From Lama guanicoe (Eukaryota), in NCBI GenBank assembly GCA_013239625.1, contig MU054116.1, forward strand, positions 62,001 to 126,000: a stretch of 64,000 bases of DNA, written 5' to 3'. Below, piece after piece: positions 62,178-64,000 of the stretch (position 1 is its first letter; every line of letters begins with the position of its first letter). The notes beneath the pieces were generated by a model that was not told the DNA's origin, searched no databases, and saw only the letters and a program-made list of their open reading frames with translations. The position numbers and the translations under genes were made by a program.

Positions 62178-64000
62178 AGATAGAAAATGAATAAAATTTA
62201 AATGATAAATAAATCTAAAAGTTGATTCTTTTCAATTTCATGAAAACTGATAAATTGCTCAGAAAAATGAATGAGTATGAAACAAAGAAATCAAAATGTG
62301 TAAGGTTATCAATCTTAAAGAAAATATAAATACTAAAGCAATATGAATTAGAATAACTTTATGGATGAACTATAGCAATTCCACAACAACAAAATATATA
62401 TGAAGACCCAGAGTTAATGAACAAAGATTTAGCAAAACAGAATTTCAAAAATTAATTCAAGGTGTAGAAAATGTATATACCGATCTCCATAAAATATTAA
62501 GGAAGGCAAATAAAAACAATTTTTGATGAAATAAAAGGACCAGACTACTTTAAAACTAGCCATGATAAAACACTAGAAAATCTCATTATGATTTCAACCA
62601 TATAAACAATAAAAAAAACCTCCCTATGGAATTTTATGAAAAATCTTAATATTTGAAAAAAATCTAATGAAGATATTATAAGATACATGTTTAAACAAAT
62701 TCACTGCTGAATGCAGGTAGACTATTTCAAATAGAATCAAAAAACAGTCAAATATTATACTATGAACAAGACTAATCTAAACAAGAGTGGAGATAGATGA
62801 TAGATAAATAGATGATAGACAGTGATATAGAATAATCTATACAGATATAGAAACATATATGTACACATATACATATATATGAAAAATATAGTAGTTTTGT
62901 TATAACAACAAAATAAAGAAGGAAGTTTATACATGGATTTTGATTAATTGATTAAATATGATCACTGGAAGAAAAAAATCAAAAATCTCCCCAAATAAAT
63001 TTAAAGTAAAATAAGAATACGATGAACTACTAAAATAAGATTAAAATTTCTAAAGAAATAAAATTTACATAATTTTATAGTGTCTTATATTCATCTTAAT
63101 TAAAATCAAGAAACAAATGAGGGAAAAAAGACAAATGAGGATATTCACTTTTATCACTGATATTCAACATTTCATTGCCATCTTGAAAATGCCATAACAT
63201 AAATAATAAAATAGTTGGGATAATTATCAGAATGAGCTATGAAACTAGTGTAGGTAGAAATTATGAAAGCCATTTTTTTTTAGTTTTTACATCTTTGAAG
63301 GGTAGTAGTGCTTTCTTAATATTATGCATATTTTAATCACTAACATTTCTCATAAAAATACATAAAATAAAAGCCCATGAAATAATGACATGCACTTAGA
63401 GTCAATGAAATATATTTACTTCTTGATAACATTATTATGTACCTGGAAAACAATAAAATCTAACAGGAAACTAACAGACTTAACAAGAACATTTAGTAAC
63501 TTGGATAAAGAAAGAATATATTCAAATGAGTCAACTGACGATATTTATAGTAACAATAAGCCCCTGCAAATCAAAACAATCATTATTACTGCCAAGGAAT
63601 AGATCCTATTATGGGTTCAATGCATTACATCATAAAAATATCAATTTGCCCAATATTAATATATAAATTTAACAGAATTCCAATTAGAATCAGCTTATTG
63701 CGTAAGTTATCACCAAATTAGGATGGAAGAATTAAATCTCGTGAATGTAAAACACACAAGTGAAAAATAAAAATTAGCAAATAGAAACTTACTTTATATA
63801 ATATCAAAACATATTATAGATCAATGAAATGAAATTAATATGGTATTGGCATAAGAAAAAATAAAATGTTCAGTAGAACATTTGAGATCATGAAATTATA
63901 GACTAACAGCTTTTAATTTTATATAAAGGTTTATTTTGCTTGTTATATAAAAGTGGGATACTTTTAATTCATTAGGAAAATCATGGTTTAATTAATAATT
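62178..64000 (+). repeat. Ancient tandem duplication unit, copy C (old L1-derived part; continues off the right edge)
   Basis: Matches 32730-33030 joined directly to 36360-37875, and also 21980-23395. Confidence 0.85.

Noticed and set aside
1..64000. CRISPR arrays, tRNA/rRNA genes or a prokaryote-style operon/defence system
   Set aside because: This is mammalian DNA; no regularly spaced repeats, cloverleaf-like or rRNA-like sequence was seen.

Overview
This is AT-rich mammalian genomic DNA containing part of a tandem class II olfactory receptor cluster (OR6C family, OR6C2/OR6C68-like), with every copy on the + strand. The young L1 3' ends resemble those of cetartiodactyls. I saw no BovB/Bov-tA, PRE1 or Alu SINEs, so a camelid is my inference, not a certainty. 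There are eight OR segments. Two are intact 312-aa ORFs (6995-7933, 18642-19580). One is a near-identical partial copy of the second that runs into an assembly gap (16468-17145). Five are disrupted (28722-29649, 45537-46465, 52597-53345, 59604-60010, 60028-60934). Most of the intergenic space is old and young LINE-1, plus ERVL/MaLR remnants, MIR and L2. An ancient duplicated unit occurs three times (about 22.0-29.7 kb, 32.7/36.5-46.5 kb and 62.2-64.0 kb), which supplies empty sites for dating insertions. The most unusual observations are: (1) an orphan CpG-island fragment, probably a retrocopy 5' end, about 0.9 kb upstream of an OR with several radical substitutions and surrounded by CpG-enriched flanks; (2) a 3.3-kb TSD-flanked element with L1 5'UTR and ORF1, no sense ORF2 and a captured tail (half-L1-like); (3) three different small deletions at the same NFSFLE codons in three paralogs; (4) a conserved O/E plus homeodomain promoter-like cassette found at five OR loci; (5) a twin-primed L1 inserted exactly at an OR splice acceptor. 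I found no convincing new multi-gene system. Everything was read by eye; no searches or alignments were run.
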